IMG/VR virus record: IMGVR_UViG_3300027672_000077
Span: 1 to 26,110 of that record
Reading direction: 5' to 3' (one strand)
DNA: 26,110 nt
Source: a virus
Lineage: Duplodnaviria; Caudoviricetes
Within the stretch, counting starts at the first letter, position 1, and the number at the start of each line of letters is the position of its first letter. Shown one piece after another: positions 16,817 through 26,110 of the stretch. The notes under the pieces were generated by a model. The model was given only the letters and a program-made list of their open reading frames with translations. It was not told the origin of the DNA and searched no databases. The position numbers and the translations under genes were made by a program.

Positions 16817-19800
16817 ACGAAGAAATATTAAATCAACTATACGCTAACGCAAAGAAACACTTCTCATTACCAGACTTTGAAACTTTTAAAGTTGATATGC
16901 AAAAGGAAGAAACAGCTCTAGAATTTAGAGAAAATTTAACTCAATATTTTGATATGCCTGAAGCAGAAGTTTTTTTATCGGACATAGGATTTGGAGTAGA
17001 ACAAGAACCTGTAACAAGCACTAGAGCTGATGTTCGAGAAAGAGACTTAAAAAAAAAAGATTCGGAATTACTATTGGAGGATGGTTTTTCGGAGCAACCA
17101 GAACAACCTCTTGAAACTAGCGTAAGAGCACAGGTTAGAGAAGGCGATTTAGAAAGAGCTGAATACGAACCAGAGATAAGCGTTCCTTCTGAAGTTCCTG
17201 AAGAACCCATAAGTATTAGAGCTCAAACTCGTGAGTCAGATTTAGAGCGTATAGAAATTATATCACAAGAAGAGGAAAAAGAAGCTCTTTTAAAAGAGCG
17301 CAAGATGGAAGTTCTAGACCTAGCACTTCAATTACCCACATTTGATTTTGAAGAACTTAACGAAGAAGGTCAACAGGTTATTACTGAGATGGCATCGAAG
17401 TATAATTTATCTCCTTCTGAATTTTTAAAAGAAGCAAAAGATAAAAAACAAGCTGTTGTCGATAGTGATTTTACAGATTGGTTAACAAATTCTTTTAAAA
17501 TTGCAGATGTAAGTTTAGGTGAAATGGTTGCAACGTTGCCCAGTTCTATATATGAATTTGTAGGGGCTGCATTTTCAGACCCAATAAATAAAATGTTTGG
17601 TTTACCAGAAACAGACGTAGAAGCCTTTAAAGAGTTAATAGGAACAAAATCAATTATAGAGGGGTTAGTAAAAGAACAAGAGTATAGAGAAAAACAAGAT
17701 GCATTATATAGAAAAGAAAAAGGATTAGAGGGTGGTATTGTTGAAGCCTTTCAGGAGGGGAATAATAAAAAAGGTGTTAAGCTATTAGCAAGCGCAATAG
17801 TTCAAAGTGCACCAATAAGCTTAGGTATAATGGCTGCATCAGCTTCTGGCGTAGGATTAATTCCTTTAGCTACCGGAGCTACTGCTTTAATGACGGGTCC
17901 TGAGCTAAGAAGACAATTAGAAAATAACCCCGACCAAACTAAAGCCTTGAGTGTTTTAAAAGCTGTTGGAATGGCTGGCGCTGAAATGGTATTTAGCACT
18001 ATTAGTCAAGGTACTTTAGCTAAAGTTTATAAAGACATTATATTTAAACAAGGAAAAAAAGAAGGAGCAAAAGCCTTTAAAAATATTATTATTGCTGGAT
18101 ATGAAACTGCATTAAAAAAGTTTGGTCCTATTGCAGCAGGAGCTGCTGAAGCTATTGATGAAGTAGCAACGCAAATAACTCAAAACCTTATTGAAGGAAA
18201 GCCTGTTTTTCAAGGTGTACCTGATGCTGCAGTAACGGGTTTTGCGAGTGGTGGAGTTTACGGAGCTCCTATTACAGCGATACAAGCTACAAAGTATGCC
18301 AATGAAGGTGTAGCAAAATGGAAAATAAAAAACAAAATTAAAAAATCTCAGTACTCAGATATTATTGAAGCATTTGAAACACAAGATATAACTGAATTAC
18401 AGTTTGACTTAGCACAAACTAAAAGAGCTGATGAAATATTAACCAATGAATTAAAGAGAAGAGTTGATTCTGGTGAAATGACAAAAGAAGAATCTGATAG
18501 AATACAGCAAAACTTTTTTGAAACCAGCATTTATAAGGCTAGGTTAGAGCCTAAAAACTTAAGCACAGAACAAAAAGTAAAAGCTATAAATCTATTAAAA
18601 GAAAAAAAAGCTTTAGTAGAAAAAATAACAATTATTGATGAAAAAAGTCTATCTATAGAGGAACAAGAAAGAGTAGATAAAATAAATATTGAGCTAGCAA
18701 AGTTAACGACTATATCAGAAACAATAAAAACCGAAGAAGATGCCATTTCTAAGCAAAGCCCAGAGGGCGTGGATGTACAAGAACAAGCCAGAGATGGCGA
18801 AGAATTGGGAGAAGGAGACACCATCGAAGGAGTTGCCGGACCGCTTACACCCAAAGAAGATAAAAATTCCCAAGTTTCAGAAGAAGAGACTACCCAGCTT
18901 ACTAAGGAACAGGCGTTAAAAAATTTAAAACAAAAACAAAAAGCTTTTAGAGATTTAGAATCACAAATAGTAGAGGACGGACCAGGTAGTCCAAGTATTA
19001 TGCTTTTTGATGAAGCCAGGAAAGAAATTGATAAAGCTAAAGCAGAATTAGATAAATTAATTAATAAATCAAAAGAAGAGACTACCGAGCTTACTGAGGA
19101 ACAGAAAGATGAGGTAAAAGATTTAGAGTACATAATAGGTGTTCCTGATGGTAAAAAACCTAAGTTTAGATTAGCGGAAGAAGAAACATCTGATATAGAC
19201 ACTGAACAGATGGAGTCTACCATGAATAAATTTGAAGAGCAAGAGCTTAGTTATACTACTCCTAATCTTAGTAAAGAAAAAGCTCCAGTAAACCCCGTTG
19301 AAGAAAGTAATTCTACAACTAAAATACCCAACGAAGAGGTAGAGCAATTAAGCAAACCAATTGAATATTTTAATGGTATTCCAATGCTTACTGGTATAAC
19401 AGATATGTTGGCGGCAGGTAACATTACGGATTCACAGGGTAACCCTATGGAGGTTGAAGGGGGTATTTTATATAATGTGTTGGGTAAAAACAAAGGTTTA
19501 GCCTGGGCAAATGTTTTAGAGTCAGATGCTAAAGAACAGTATAATAATGCTGTTTCTTTATATAACAACAATAAAGAATTATTTGATAAGCTATGGGCTG
19601 ATGGAAAGATTCCTAATGGACACATTCCTATGGCTATTATGCGTATGGCAGACAATGCTTTACACTCTAATGAGGCGGTTTTTAGGTATATTCTGCCAAC
19701 TTTAGAATCATTGCCCACTCTTAATAATCAAAAGGCTTTACAAGAGTTTTTAAAAACCCTAAAAAAAAGCAAAAAGCCACAGAAGTCTATTGATAAAATA

Positions 19801-22800
19801 ACAAATGCTATACAAGACAATAACATTAAAGGTTTAAATGAGTTATTTAATTTTATAATTAAAGACGCTAATAATAGAGCCAATGGAGACACAAAAAATA
19901 CCATACCTCTTAATGTAAGAGCCTTAATTTATGATGTTATATTTTCTGAGCCAGGTGTTAAAACTAATACATCAAAAACGGTAGAGGCTTTATTTGAAGG
20001 AGTTGAAAATAAAAATGAATTATTTTTATCAGACACAATATACGAAGCTGTAGGAGAGCCATCAGTTAAAACCGCCAGCAAAGGAGAGGTATTGTCTATT
20101 GTTGGAATAGATGTTTTAAACGGTGGTGTACAAAAAGCTAATCATCCCAACTATGGATACGGAACTAAAGGTCAAGCTATAGCTCTTATCACAAACCCCG
20201 CACATGGTATAGATGTTTTTCCAGAGTGGAATGCTAGAGCTGCTGCAATGTTTAAAAAAACAAAACCTAAACAAAAAGAGGGTGAGCCAGTAAAAGAGGG
20301 TAAATTCCCTGGAGAAAAACAAATTGGAGCTGATTCTATGGGAGCTTTTGCTAACCTAAAAGCTTTCATAGGAGCTCGGGTTAAATTTGGAGAAATGTCT
20401 GATTTAGATAACATTATAGGATTATTAAGACTGTCTTTTCCTGGAGTAAGTGTAGCAACAACACAAGAAGAGTTTGATGCCATACTTGAACAGCCTGGGG
20501 TTAGAACTAGAAAAACTAAAGGGAAGACTATACTTGGTATAACTTTAAACGGAAAAATATATCTAAACCCAGCCGTTGAATCTTTAGCCACTCCCATACA
20601 TGAGTTTGGTCATATATGGATTGATTATTTACGTTCAGACACCTCTAATACAAAAGGTACAAAGCTTCTAAATCAAGGTTTAAAACTTGTGGAGGGAACA
20701 AGTGCTTTGAAAAAAGCTATAGAAAAATATGGAGACAATCAAGTTGCTAGAGAAGAGGCTTTAGTAGAGCTTATGGGGACTAAAGGAGAGTCCATAGCAA
20801 ATGCGGCTAAAAAGTCTAAATTTAAAGAATGGCTTAATGGATTTTTTAAATATATAAAAGAGACTTTTACTAAGTCTGCTGATATAAAATCCCAAAACAT
20901 AAAAGATTTAACCTTAGAGGACTTTATCAATACAGGTCTAGCGGATTTATTTGCAGGAGAACTTATAAACGGAAAGTTTGATGCTAAAACTTCGGAGAGC
21001 TCCGCTAAAGCTAGATTTGAGCTTATGGAATCTATTGGAGGACCTGAGCTAACAATGGAACAAATAATACAAACTGGAAGGTCTGATGGTTTTTCTGATG
21101 CTGCTATCAAAGCTGTACTACAAGGAAGAGGATTTAAAGCCGCTGACATAAATCCAGCTATGGAGTTGGCACTTAAAAAAGGAGAGATTCTTCCTTTTGC
21201 ATTTCAAAATATAGAAGGTGGAGTCGATAAAGGACTAAAACTTTTTAGAGGTATACAGAAAAAAATAAATGATTTTAAGAAAAAAAATAAAGTAAACAAG
21301 GGTGAGATTAGGGCTTTAGCTCAAGATATTTTAAAAAATACAGATGTATATAAATCTTTATCTGAGTTTGAAAAGAACGAGCTTTCAGTTGCATTAGATA
21401 AAACTCTAGAGACCAGGGCTAACAGAACAGTTCAAAAAGAAATAACTAGAATTAAAAATATAATTCGAGGTTATAAGAAAGGGGTAAAAGATTTACGACT
21501 CGCACAGATTGAACTTAAAAATTTTATTCGTAACGCTTTACCTGTGTCTCAGGGATACTCTCAAAATGATATAGCTGATACGGTTGCGCTTGTTACTAAT
21601 ATAAAATCTAAAAAAGATTTTCCAGCAGCAGTTGAAAAGGTTATTAAAAAAGTAGAGGCAGCCAGAGAAAGAAAAAAGAAATCATTAATAACAAAGCTTA
21701 AAAATTTTGTATCCTCTAAATCCAAGGTTATATCTACGGGTTCAAAAAGAAGAAAATCAAAAGGTCTTGATGCTCAAGGACAGCAGTTTTTTGCACAAGT
21801 AAATGCAATATTAAAAGCCGCTTTAGGTTCTGGGTCTATAGATAAAATGGCGGTTATAGCAAATGAACTTTCCGATATTGAAAGATATAATGAAATTATT
21901 GCAAAAGAAGCCAGAGGGGAAAAGCTTAGTATAAAAGACTCTAAGTTTTTAGACAAGTCTATTGCTTTTGAAATGTTTGCAGATATAAAAGACAAGTCAT
22001 TAGAAGATTTGCAGGTTTTATTTGAAGATTTACAGTCAGGAGCAAAGGATTCAAAGCAAGTTATTAAAGAAAAAAGAATAAGAAAAGCTTACGCTGATGC
22101 TAAATTAAAAGAAGAAGCAACTTCTCAGATTGAAAAAGATTTTCCAATGTTGTTTATACAAGTTCAAAATAGTAAAAAAGTATTAAAATCGAATAATGAG
22201 GTTCAGGATGATATTAAAGAAATTAATAAAAGTTTTGCTAAATTAAAAATCTGGCAAGGTTTAAAGAAGGTGTATGAAAATTATGATTTTACAGTAGGTA
22301 AAAGTATTTCTTCTTTTTTTAAAAATAAAATAGCTCATTTAGGTTCTTTAAGTAGAATTTTAGATAATTATTCTACAACAGGATTTTTTCAAAAACAAAT
22401 TTACGATAGATTAAACATAATGAGTGAAAATTCTATTAGAGGTAATTATTATCAACAACAAATAATAGACTCTATAGCTGATAGCATTGAGGGAGTAGAA
22501 GGAGGTTATTCGGGTATATTAAAAATACTAGAAAAAATAGGAGTAAAAGAAATAACTAAAGGAAAAAGAAAGGTAGAGTATACATCAGACCAGATAATGA
22601 GGATGTATGCATTAAGTCTTAATGATTTGCAAAGACAACGATTAAATGATGAGGGTATAAAAAATATAGAAGAGATAAAAGACATACTAGGTCCAGAGCT
22701 TGTTTCTTTTACGGATAAGATAGTAGAGTATTTAAGTAATGATTATTTTGAAGGTTTAAACGATGTTTATTCAGATGTTAATGACACAAATTTAGGCTAT

Positions 22801-24306
22801 GTAGAAAATTATTTTCCTACAAAAAGTATATCTGATTTAGAAACCAACTCCATAGAGACTGGAGATTTTAATTCTGTTTTAGGATTGGAAAACGCATCTT
22901 CTCTTAAAGAAAGAAATGCAAAAAAGAAAGAATTAGAATTAAATTTTGGATTTAGTTACACTTTAGAGAATTATATAAGCTCTATGGAAAGATACAAGTC
23001 CTACGCTCAAGGTACACGAGAATTAAACACTATTTTTAAAACTCCTGCGCTTAATTTGTTGACTAGTAACTCAGTTTTAGGTGTAGATAAATTAATAAAA
23101 ATTGGTATTAATTCTGAAATAAACCCCACTTATGGACTAGAAAATAAAACCAAAGACAATGTTGGTCAATTTATGAATTGGTTTACCTCTTATGTTTTGA
23201 GCTTTAAACTTATTCAAATAGGAAAACAAGCAACGTCATTTGTTAACGCATATACTGAATATCAATTTAGAAAAGGAAAGTATACTCCAGTTGTAGACAC
23301 TTTAGGATTTATGGTTGATTATGCTTTAACTATTGCTAATTTCAGAACTAACTTAAAAAAAATGAAAGAAGTTTCTGCAACTTTTAGATATAGACTGGAG
23401 AAAGGAATGGAAGGCGATATTTATTCTTTAGAATCTGGAGGTATATTGCAATATGTTCCAGAAACAAGCGCTAAAGGCAAAAGAATAAGAAAAAACTTTA
23501 AAAAAGCTGCTGCTTCTCCAACAGTATTAGGAGATGTATTTGGAATTATGGGTTATGTTGCAAATTATAATAGAAATATTAAAAACGGAATGAGTGAGAA
23601 AGAAGCTTTAAAAGTATTTAATGATTATAACGCCACTCAACAAAGTAGAAGAAATACAGACAAAAGTCCTATTCAAAGAGCTGGGGGATATACTAGAGTA
23701 TTTACTGGCTTTGGAAGCACGTTATTTTTACAAATGAATAAAGTGGCAATAGCGCAAAGAAATATTTTTGCTAAACACTTAATGAAAGGTAAAGTTCCTC
23801 TCACAAAAGATATTAGAGATTTAACCTTAAACTTATCAATTGCCAATATGCTTTTTGTAGCAACATCAAACGTAGCAAAGTTATGGGCTGGTGATGATGA
23901 AGACAAAAGAGAAGTTGCTTTAGCTATAGCAGAAGCAGGGATTGGTTTAAATTTACTTTATCAACTTCCTTTATTTGGAGCTGCTGCTGAAATGGGGATA
24001 CAAACAGCTGAAGTAGGATTAGGACTTCGTAAAAAAGTCCAAAAATTTGATAGTCTTGTTAATCCATTTATGTCTTTATGGTATAAGTTAAATAGATTTA
24101 TAAAAAACCCTACTTTAATTAATGCGGGAAAGGGAATTGTTGAAATAATATTAGGAGTTCAAATAGACCCCGCTGTTGGACTTATAAATTTCTTTAAAGA
24201 CATGGAAGCTGATGAAGAAGAATTATATGATGTGACAGGTATAACTAAATCATATAGACCTACCACAAGAAAACCTCCAAAAAGAAAAAAATCAACTATT
24301 GATTAA
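16813..24306 (+). CDS. Giant ejection/cargo (polyvalent-type) protein with zincin-like metallopeptidase motif
   Basis: 2497 aa uninterrupted. G.I.LNP...TPIHEFGHIW...EEALVE (HExxH plus downstream EE) at ~20540-20770. Gly/Ala hydrophobic stretches near both ends. Confidence 0.65.
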   Translation: MNEEILNQLYANAKKHFSLPDFETFKVDMQKEETALEFRENLTQYFDMPEAEVFLSDIGFGVEQEPVTSTRADVRERDLKKKDSELLLEDGFSEQPEQPLETSVRAQVREGDLERAEYEPEISVPSEVPEEPISIRAQTRESDLERIEIISQEEEKEALLKERKMEVLDLALQLPTFDFEELNEEGQQVITEMASKYNLSPSEFLKEAKDKKQAVVDSDFTDWLTNSFKIADVSLGEMVATLPSSIYEFVGAAFSDPINKMFGLPETDVEAFKELIGTKSIIEGLVKEQEYREKQDALYRKEKGLEGGIVEAFQEGNNKKGVKLLASAIVQSAPISLGIMAASASGVGLIPLATGATALMTGPELRRQLENNPDQTKALSVLKAVGMAGAEMVFSTISQGTLAKVYKDIIFKQGKKEGAKAFKNIIIAGYETALKKFGPIAAGAAEAIDEVATQITQNLIEGKPVFQGVPDAAVTGFASGGVYGAPITAIQATKYANEGVAKWKIKNKIKKSQYSDIIEAFETQDITELQFDLAQTKRADEILTNELKRRVDSGEMTKEESDRIQQNFFETSIYKARLEPKNLSTEQKVKAINLLKEKKALVEKITIIDEKSLSIEEQERVDKINIELAKLTTISETIKTEEDAISKQSPEGVDVQEQARDGEELGEGDTIEGVAGPLTPKEDKNSQVSEEETTQLTKEQALKNLKQKQKAFRDLESQIVEDGPGSPSIMLFDEARKEIDKAKAELDKLINKSKEETTELTEEQKDEVKDLEYIIGVPDGKKPKFRLAEEETSDIDTEQMESTMNKFEEQELSYTTPNLSKEKAPVNPVEESNSTTKIPNEEVEQLSKPIEYFNGIPMLTGITDMLAAGNITDSQGNPMEVEGGILYNVLGKNKGLAWANVLESDAKEQYNNAVSLYNNNKELFDKLWADGKIPNGHIPMAIMRMADNALHSNEAVFRYILPTLESLPTLNNQKALQEFLKTLKKSKKPQKSIDKITNAIQDNNIKGLNELFNFIIKDANNRANGDTKNTIPLNVRALIYDVIFSEPGVKTNTSKTVEALFEGVENKNELFLSDTIYEAVGEPSVKTASKGEVLSIVGIDVLNGGVQKANHPNYGYGTKGQAIALITNPAHGIDVFPEWNARAAAMFKKTKPKQKEGEPVKEGKFPGEKQIGADSMGAFANLKAFIGARVKFGEMSDLDNIIGLLRLSFPGVSVATTQEEFDAILEQPGVRTRKTKGKTILGITLNGKIYLNPAVESLATPIHEFGHIWIDYLRSDTSNTKGTKLLNQGLKLVEGTSALKKAIEKYGDNQVAREEALVELMGTKGESIANAAKKSKFKEWLNGFFKYIKETFTKSADIKSQNIKDLTLEDFINTGLADLFAGELINGKFDAKTSESSAKARFELMESIGGPELTMEQIIQTGRSDGFSDAAIKAVLQGRGFKAADINPAMELALKKGEILPFAFQNIEGGVDKGLKLFRGIQKKINDFKKKNKVNKGEIRALAQDILKNTDVYKSLSEFEKNELSVALDKTLETRANRTVQKEITRIKNIIRGYKKGVKDLRLAQIELKNFIRNALPVSQGYSQNDIADTVALVTNIKSKKDFPAAVEKVIKKVEAARERKKKSLITKLKNFVSSKSKVISTGSKRRKSKGLDAQGQQFFAQVNAILKAALGSGSIDKMAVIANELSDIERYNEIIAKEARGEKLSIKDSKFLDKSIAFEMFADIKDKSLEDLQVLFEDLQSGAKDSKQVIKEKRIRKAYADAKLKEEATSQIEKDFPMLFIQVQNSKKVLKSNNEVQDDIKEINKSFAKLKIWQGLKKVYENYDFTVGKSISSFFKNKIAHLGSLSRILDNYSTTGFFQKQIYDRLNIMSENSIRGNYYQQQIIDSIADSIEGVEGGYSGILKILEKIGVKEITKGKRKVEYTSDQIMRMYALSLNDLQRQRLNDEGIKNIEEIKDILGPELVSFTDKIVEYLSNDYFEGLNDVYSDVNDTNLGYVENYFPTKSISDLETNSIETGDFNSVLGLENASSLKERNAKKKELELNFGFSYTLENYISSMERYKSYAQGTRELNTIFKTPALNLLTSNSVLGVDKLIKIGINSEINPTYGLENKTKDNVGQFMNWFTSYVLSFKLIQIGKQATSFVNAYTEYQFRKGKYTPVVDTLGFMVDYALTIANFRTNLKKMKEVSATFRYRLEKGMEGDIYSLESGGILQYVPETSAKGKRIRKNFKKAAASPTVLGDVFGIMGYVANYNRNIKNGMSEKEALKVFNDYNATQQSRRNTDKSPIQRAGGYTRVFTGFGSTLFLQMNKVAIAQRNIFAKHLMKGKVPLTKDIRDLTLNLSIANMLFVATSNVAKLWAGDDEDKREVALAIAEAGIGLNLLYQLPLFGAAAEMGIQTAEVGLGLRKKVQKFDSLVNPFMSLWYKLNRFIKNPTLINAGKGIVEIILGVQIDPAVGLINFFKDMEADEEELYDVTGITKSYRPTTRKPPKRKKSTID
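18740..18919 (+). CDS. Overprinted small basic phage protein in the +1 frame (MPFxSKAQRxWMY type)
   Basis: Translated by hand: MPFLSKAQRAWMYKNKPEMAKNWEKETPSKELPDRLHPKKIKIPKFQKKRLPSLLRNRR (59 aa). A at -3, -6, -12 and -13 of the ATG. Confidence 0.6.
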   Translation: MPFLSKAQRAWMYKNKPEMAKNWEKETPSKELPDRLHPKKIKIPKFQKKRLPSLLRNRR

Positions 24307-24307
24307 A

Positions 24308-24388
24308 TTATAAAATTCTGTAAATAAAATAACAAAAAAGAATATTTAGCATTAAGGCTATTGCAAAATCATATTTAGGGTCGGACAT
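24308..24388 (-). CDS. Putative 26-aa membrane peptide
   Basis: MSDPKYDFAIALMLNILFCYFIYRIL. Overlaps the end of the upstream - strand gene and fills the gap to the convergent giant gene. Confidence 0.35.
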   Translation of the reverse strand: MSDPKYDFAIALMLNILFCYFIYRIL

Positions 24389-24758
24389 ACTTAAAAAGTT
24401 TTTTATTATCAAAAGAAAGCAACAGCTCTCCCTCTTCTGACCATTTAGTTTTACCTATTAATCCTTCAATGGGTAAATAATAGATGCCATCTATACATGA
24501 CCATATCATAACTGCGTTTAGTCTTTTGTCTCGTAATTTTATAATTTTACGAGCTTCTACAGTTAAAGGGTAAGAATCTTTCATCTCTGTCTCCAGGACT
24601 TTTACTTCTGCATATCCTATTACACCTCCGTTATCTCCTGTTATTCTAAAGTCGACATCATCCGGGCTTAACTTTTTATAGCTACCTCCGAGCCTTCTTA
24701 GATATAACTCTACGGCTTTTTTTTCTTTTTTTATATCTTGGTTTTTTTCAAATATCAT
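24375..24758 (-). CDS. PD-(D/E)xK nuclease-like protein (127 aa)
   Basis: True start probably MIFEKNQD at 24758 (ATGA overlap with the phosphoesterase stop). Motif E....VDF......GYAEVK and W.C.DGIYY. Confidence 0.55.
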   Translation of the reverse strand: MIFEKNQDIKKEKKAVELYLRRLGGSYKKLSPDDVDFRITGDNGGVIGYAEVKVLETEMKDSYPLTVEARKIIKLRDKRLNAVMIWSCIDGIYYLPIEGLIGKTKWSEEGELLLSFDNKKLFKYVRP

Positions 24759-25471
24759 AATTCCATTAAACAATTTATCGCAGTATGTCCGCCTAGTATT
24801 ACCCCGCAGCCAATTGCTTGCTTTTTGAAGTTCTTTGCGTATGCTGTTGCGTACGAGCTTCCGTCCACGCCGCAGCCCACCTGCATTCCGAAGACCTTGA
24901 AATTTCTTCCAACCGACCACATTGTGTAACATTGAGTATGGATATGTCCTTGAACAGTACTCATCATATCATTCTTCGATTTTGTGCTAGCTGTGCCGCC
25001 TTCCCCGTGGACATATTGAACATTGTCATAAACAACACGCTCAGTCCAGTTCCAATTAGTCCCCAGTACTTCATTGTATGATTTAATCCAAGCACTAGGA
25101 ATGTCTGATGTTTGTGCCTTACGCATCACCATTCTATCGTGATTTCCAATCAGTACATCTGCCACAGGGAATGCATCACTCCAACTTTTAACGGCTCTAA
25201 TCGCATATTCAAGCTCATCTAAACCGCCCATCGCATCACTAGATGTCTCATGATAGCTCGTATAATGGTTGTCTATTATATCTCCTATGTATATTACTTG
25301 ATTGCATAAGTATTTAGAGTAAGTCTCTTGGCAAAACTCCAAGTATCCTTCCAGTTCAAACGGGGCGTGGATGTCTCCAATTACAAGAATACGCCTCTCA
25401 TCCGTGTTTAGATTGTCGTAGGCTATTTTCTTATCGCCTTTAAGTCTGGGTCTAAAATCTTTAAATCTCAT
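24755..25471 (-). CDS. Calcineurin-like metallophosphoesterase
   Basis: All five motifs present: GDIHAP, GDIID, GNHD, YVHG, GHIH. Confidence 0.9.
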   Translation of the reverse strand: MRFKDFRPRLKGDKKIAYDNLNTDERRILVIGDIHAPFELEGYLEFCQETYSKYLCNQVIYIGDIIDNHYTSYHETSSDAMGGLDELEYAIRAVKSWSDAFPVADVLIGNHDRMVMRKAQTSDIPSAWIKSYNEVLGTNWNWTERVVYDNVQYVHGEGGTASTKSKNDMMSTVQGHIHTQCYTMWSVGRNFKVFGMQVGCGVDGSSYATAYAKNFKKQAIGCGVILGGHTAINCLMEL

Positions 25472-25643
25472 CTTGAACAGATTCTAGTATTAACTTTAAA
25501 TTTTTTATTAATTTATTAATCTCTTGTTTTAACTCAGGAAATTCCTCATCTATTAAGTGTTCATAGATTTGGTCGGAAGAGTTATGAATATCATTCATTA
25601 TAAAATTAATATTCTGTACTCTTTTACTCTCAAAATATTTCAT
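25461..25643 (-). CDS. Hypothetical protein (60 aa)
   Basis: ATG start with A-rich leader, overlaps the downstream gene, helical composition. Confidence 0.65.
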   Translation of the reverse strand: MKYFESKRVQNINFIMNDIHNSSDQIYEHLIDEEFPELKQEINKLIKNLKLILESVQDEI

Positions 25644-25653
25644 GCCATTTTTA

Positions 25654-25884
25654 TTAGTCCATGTGGTATAGGAGTTTTTCCCCTAATTTACTGTCTACTT
25701 TTTTGATGGCGTGGTATATTTTTTTAGATTTTTTTTTAGTTTCTTCTTTATGTGTCTTAGGGGTTTCTTTCCCCATGTTACAATACATATCAGCATCTAT
25801 CTCTAAAAAAGTATCAATTTTTCTCTTAATACTCCAAGACGTAAAGCCTAAAATCTTTTCTATATCTTCTATGTTGTAATTCAT
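25654..25884 (-). CDS. Hypothetical phage protein (76 aa)
   Basis: ATG start, tightly packed with neighbouring - strand ORFs. Confidence 0.7.
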   Translation of the reverse strand: MNYNIEDIEKILGFTSWSIKRKIDTFLEIDADMYCNMGKETPKTHKEETKKKSKKIYHAIKKVDSKLGEKLLYHMD

Positions 25885-25927
25885 AATGTTATAAAGTTAT
25901 AAAAAAAAATCCGTAAGTTGTTAAGAA

Positions 25928-26110
25928 TCAGACAAAAATGTTTTGGTCTTCAAGAGTATAAATTTTTTCAGCTACAAATAACTTAATTATTTTTTCATTG
26001 TATTGGTCTGGAATTTTCAATACTCCTCTATGTATTTTAAGCATCAAATCTCTTCTTTCCCTATCTCTTTCTATTAAAGTTTTGTTTTGTGCTTTTAAAA
26101 AAGTAAGCTC
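25928..26110 (-). CDS. 3' end of a hypothetical protein (partial, runs off the window)
   Basis: Open frame ELTFLKAQNKTLIERDRERRDLMLKIHRG...LEDQNIFV* from the window end to TGA at 25928-25930. Confidence 0.55.
   Translation of the reverse strand, partial: ELTFLKAQNKTLIERDRERRDLMLKIHRGVLKIPDQYNEKIIKLFVAEKIYTLEDQNIFV

Noticed and set aside
4742-23906. Minus-strand ORFs in the track opposite the structural genes (e.g. 18531-19223, 19251-19718, 20172-20597)
   Set aside because: Antisense shadows of long + strand genes, Ser/Leu/Phe-rich, with no recognisable motifs.
42-24306. Stop-codon reassignment as in some crAss-like phages
   Set aside because: Long ORFs are intact in the standard code, and both TAG (14161) and TGA (10909, 16816) end genes at overlaps with the next start.
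24759-24932. N-terminal 58 aa of the 185-aa ORF, and + strand ORFs 24738-24929, 24818-25081, 25661-25879
   Set aside because: They overlap better supported genes. The ATGA junction at 24755-24758 gives a more plausible start.

Overview
AT-rich fragment of a tailed dsDNA phage, most likely a podovirus of the crAss-like/Flavobacteriia-phage type. Bacteroidetes-type TAnnTTTG promoter elements and A-rich, SD-less starts point to a Bacteroidetes host. The + strand (42-24306) is a virion morphogenesis region: a conserved post-capsid protein, two tail ring/tubular proteins, a tail stabilization (muzzle) protein, a cupin-like protein and three ejection/cargo-type proteins of 262, 622 and 2497 aa. A convergent - strand block (24308-26110) encodes a PD-(D/E)xK-like protein, a metallophosphoesterase and small ORFs. 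Main finding: the muzzle gene appears split in two, and the ~6.5 kb between its halves carries (Pro-Thr/Pro-Ser)n linker-bearing, Cys-rich structural modules plus a coupled three-gene enzyme cassette. The cassette is a tandem prolyl-4-hydroxylase-type 2OG-Fe(II) oxygenase, a radical SAM/SPASM enzyme and a Gnt1/GT60-like GlcNAc transferase. This suggests a phage-encoded hydroxyproline/O-glycosylation system for its own tail proteins. Also found: a 59-aa gene overprinted in the +1 frame inside the 2497-aa gene, a possible type-1 copper site in a tail protein, and a possible -1 frameshift site. All family assignments come from motif recognition by eye; no searches were run.
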